From the human T2T-CHM13v2.0 reference genome, Homo sapiens, in assembly GCF_009914755.1 (NCBI RefSeq), contig NC_060925.1: 64,000 nt of DNA; one strand, written 5' to 3'. This document shows, piece by piece, positions 63,180 through 64,000 of the stretch (positions are counted from its first letter, which is position 1; each line of letters opens with the position of its first letter). The notes under the pieces are model-generated. The model was not told the origin of the DNA. It searched no databases and saw only the letters and a list, made by a program, of their open reading frames with translations. The translations under genes and the position numbers were made by a program.

Positions 63180-63350
63180 AGAAAATTAAATGTGTGTGTG
63201 TGTGTGTGTTTTTAACAAGTCATTAGTTCCTGGCAATTCTATTTCACTTCCAAATCCACCTCATTTTGCAGTGCCCTGTTCTTAGTAGTCCTGGTTTAGG
63301 AAGAGTCGTGTTTCACATGATCAAGGTAGCCAACACAATGAAAGTTGAGT

Positions 63351-63430
63351 TCACAGAGTATTTATTTATTTTGGTCCCTCACAGAGTATCTATTTATTTT
63401 TGGTCCCTCACAGAGTATTTATTTATTTTT
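63351..63430 (+). repeat. Short minisatellite, 28-29 bp unit, about 2.7 copies
   Basis: The unit tcacagagtatttatttattttggtccc is repeated. Confidence 0.85.
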
Positions 63431-64000
63431 CTTCCCTCAAATAATTCAGCACAATTAAATTCAGCAAATATTTATTGAACACTTGGAGATGATGATGGAA
63501 AATTATGTTCACGTAGTGCCATCTAGTACAATGGAAATGGCATGGGATTTGGACTGAACCAGAATTGTCTTAAATCCTGGCTTTGTTAGTTTTAGGTATG
63601 TCATCTTGAGCAGTTCACTTCACTTTTTGAGCCACAATTTCTCTTCCTTACATAAAGATATTTATAAATACCCCACAGGTTGTTATAATAAAGGTTGAAG
63701 GTGCTTGGCACATAAGCAAAAATTATGAATAAATATGTATTAAAATATATAATAACTACAAAATAAAATAAAAATATTGTTTTTCTCACCACATGTCAGG
63801 ATCTTTACACATATAATCTAATTTTATCCTTACAGGATTGCTAGCCTGGTGTGCAACAATAGTTGTCATATATTGAGTGACTGTCAATTGCCAAGTCCTT
63901 CACTTTTCTCATGAACATCACATGGACACCTCATGAGCCAGTCACCAAGCACTGTGCTAATCACTAGGGAAACAGGAATAAAATATGATCCTAGTCTTCT

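Noticed and set aside
63351-63430. 28-29 bp repeats resembling a CRISPR array
   Set aside because: The units are directly adjacent with no spacers, in a eukaryotic intron; an ordinary minisatellite.

Overview
This is human (primate) genomic DNA from the CYP4 cytochrome P450 cluster (recalled as chr1p33). Bases 2203-10750 on the + strand hold exons 2-12 of CYP4B1; exon 1 lies upstream of the window. This copy is a loss-of-function haplotype: a 2-bp deletion at the start of exon 8 gives a TGA at 6481, and M331I, R340C and R375C are also present, matching the CYP4B1*2 allele as I recall it. On the - strand, converging on CYP4B1, are exons 8-12 of the CYP4Z1-like pseudogene CYP4Z2P (about 34340-59548), with one nonsense codon in exon 8. 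The rest is mostly LINE-1 (two near-full-length primate L1PA copies in opposite orientation), Alu, MaLR LTR, MIR/L2 and one MER44/Tigger-type element. The most interesting candidate is a full-length L1 in CYP4Z2P intron 9. Its antisense promoter and intact ORF0 point straight at exon 10, and the ORF0 splice donor is in phase with exons 10-12. This predicts a 140-aa ORF0-P450 C-terminal fusion and a transcript that bypasses the pseudogene's stop codon. Gene, allele and repeat-subfamily names come from memory and were not database-checked; repeat boundaries are approximate.
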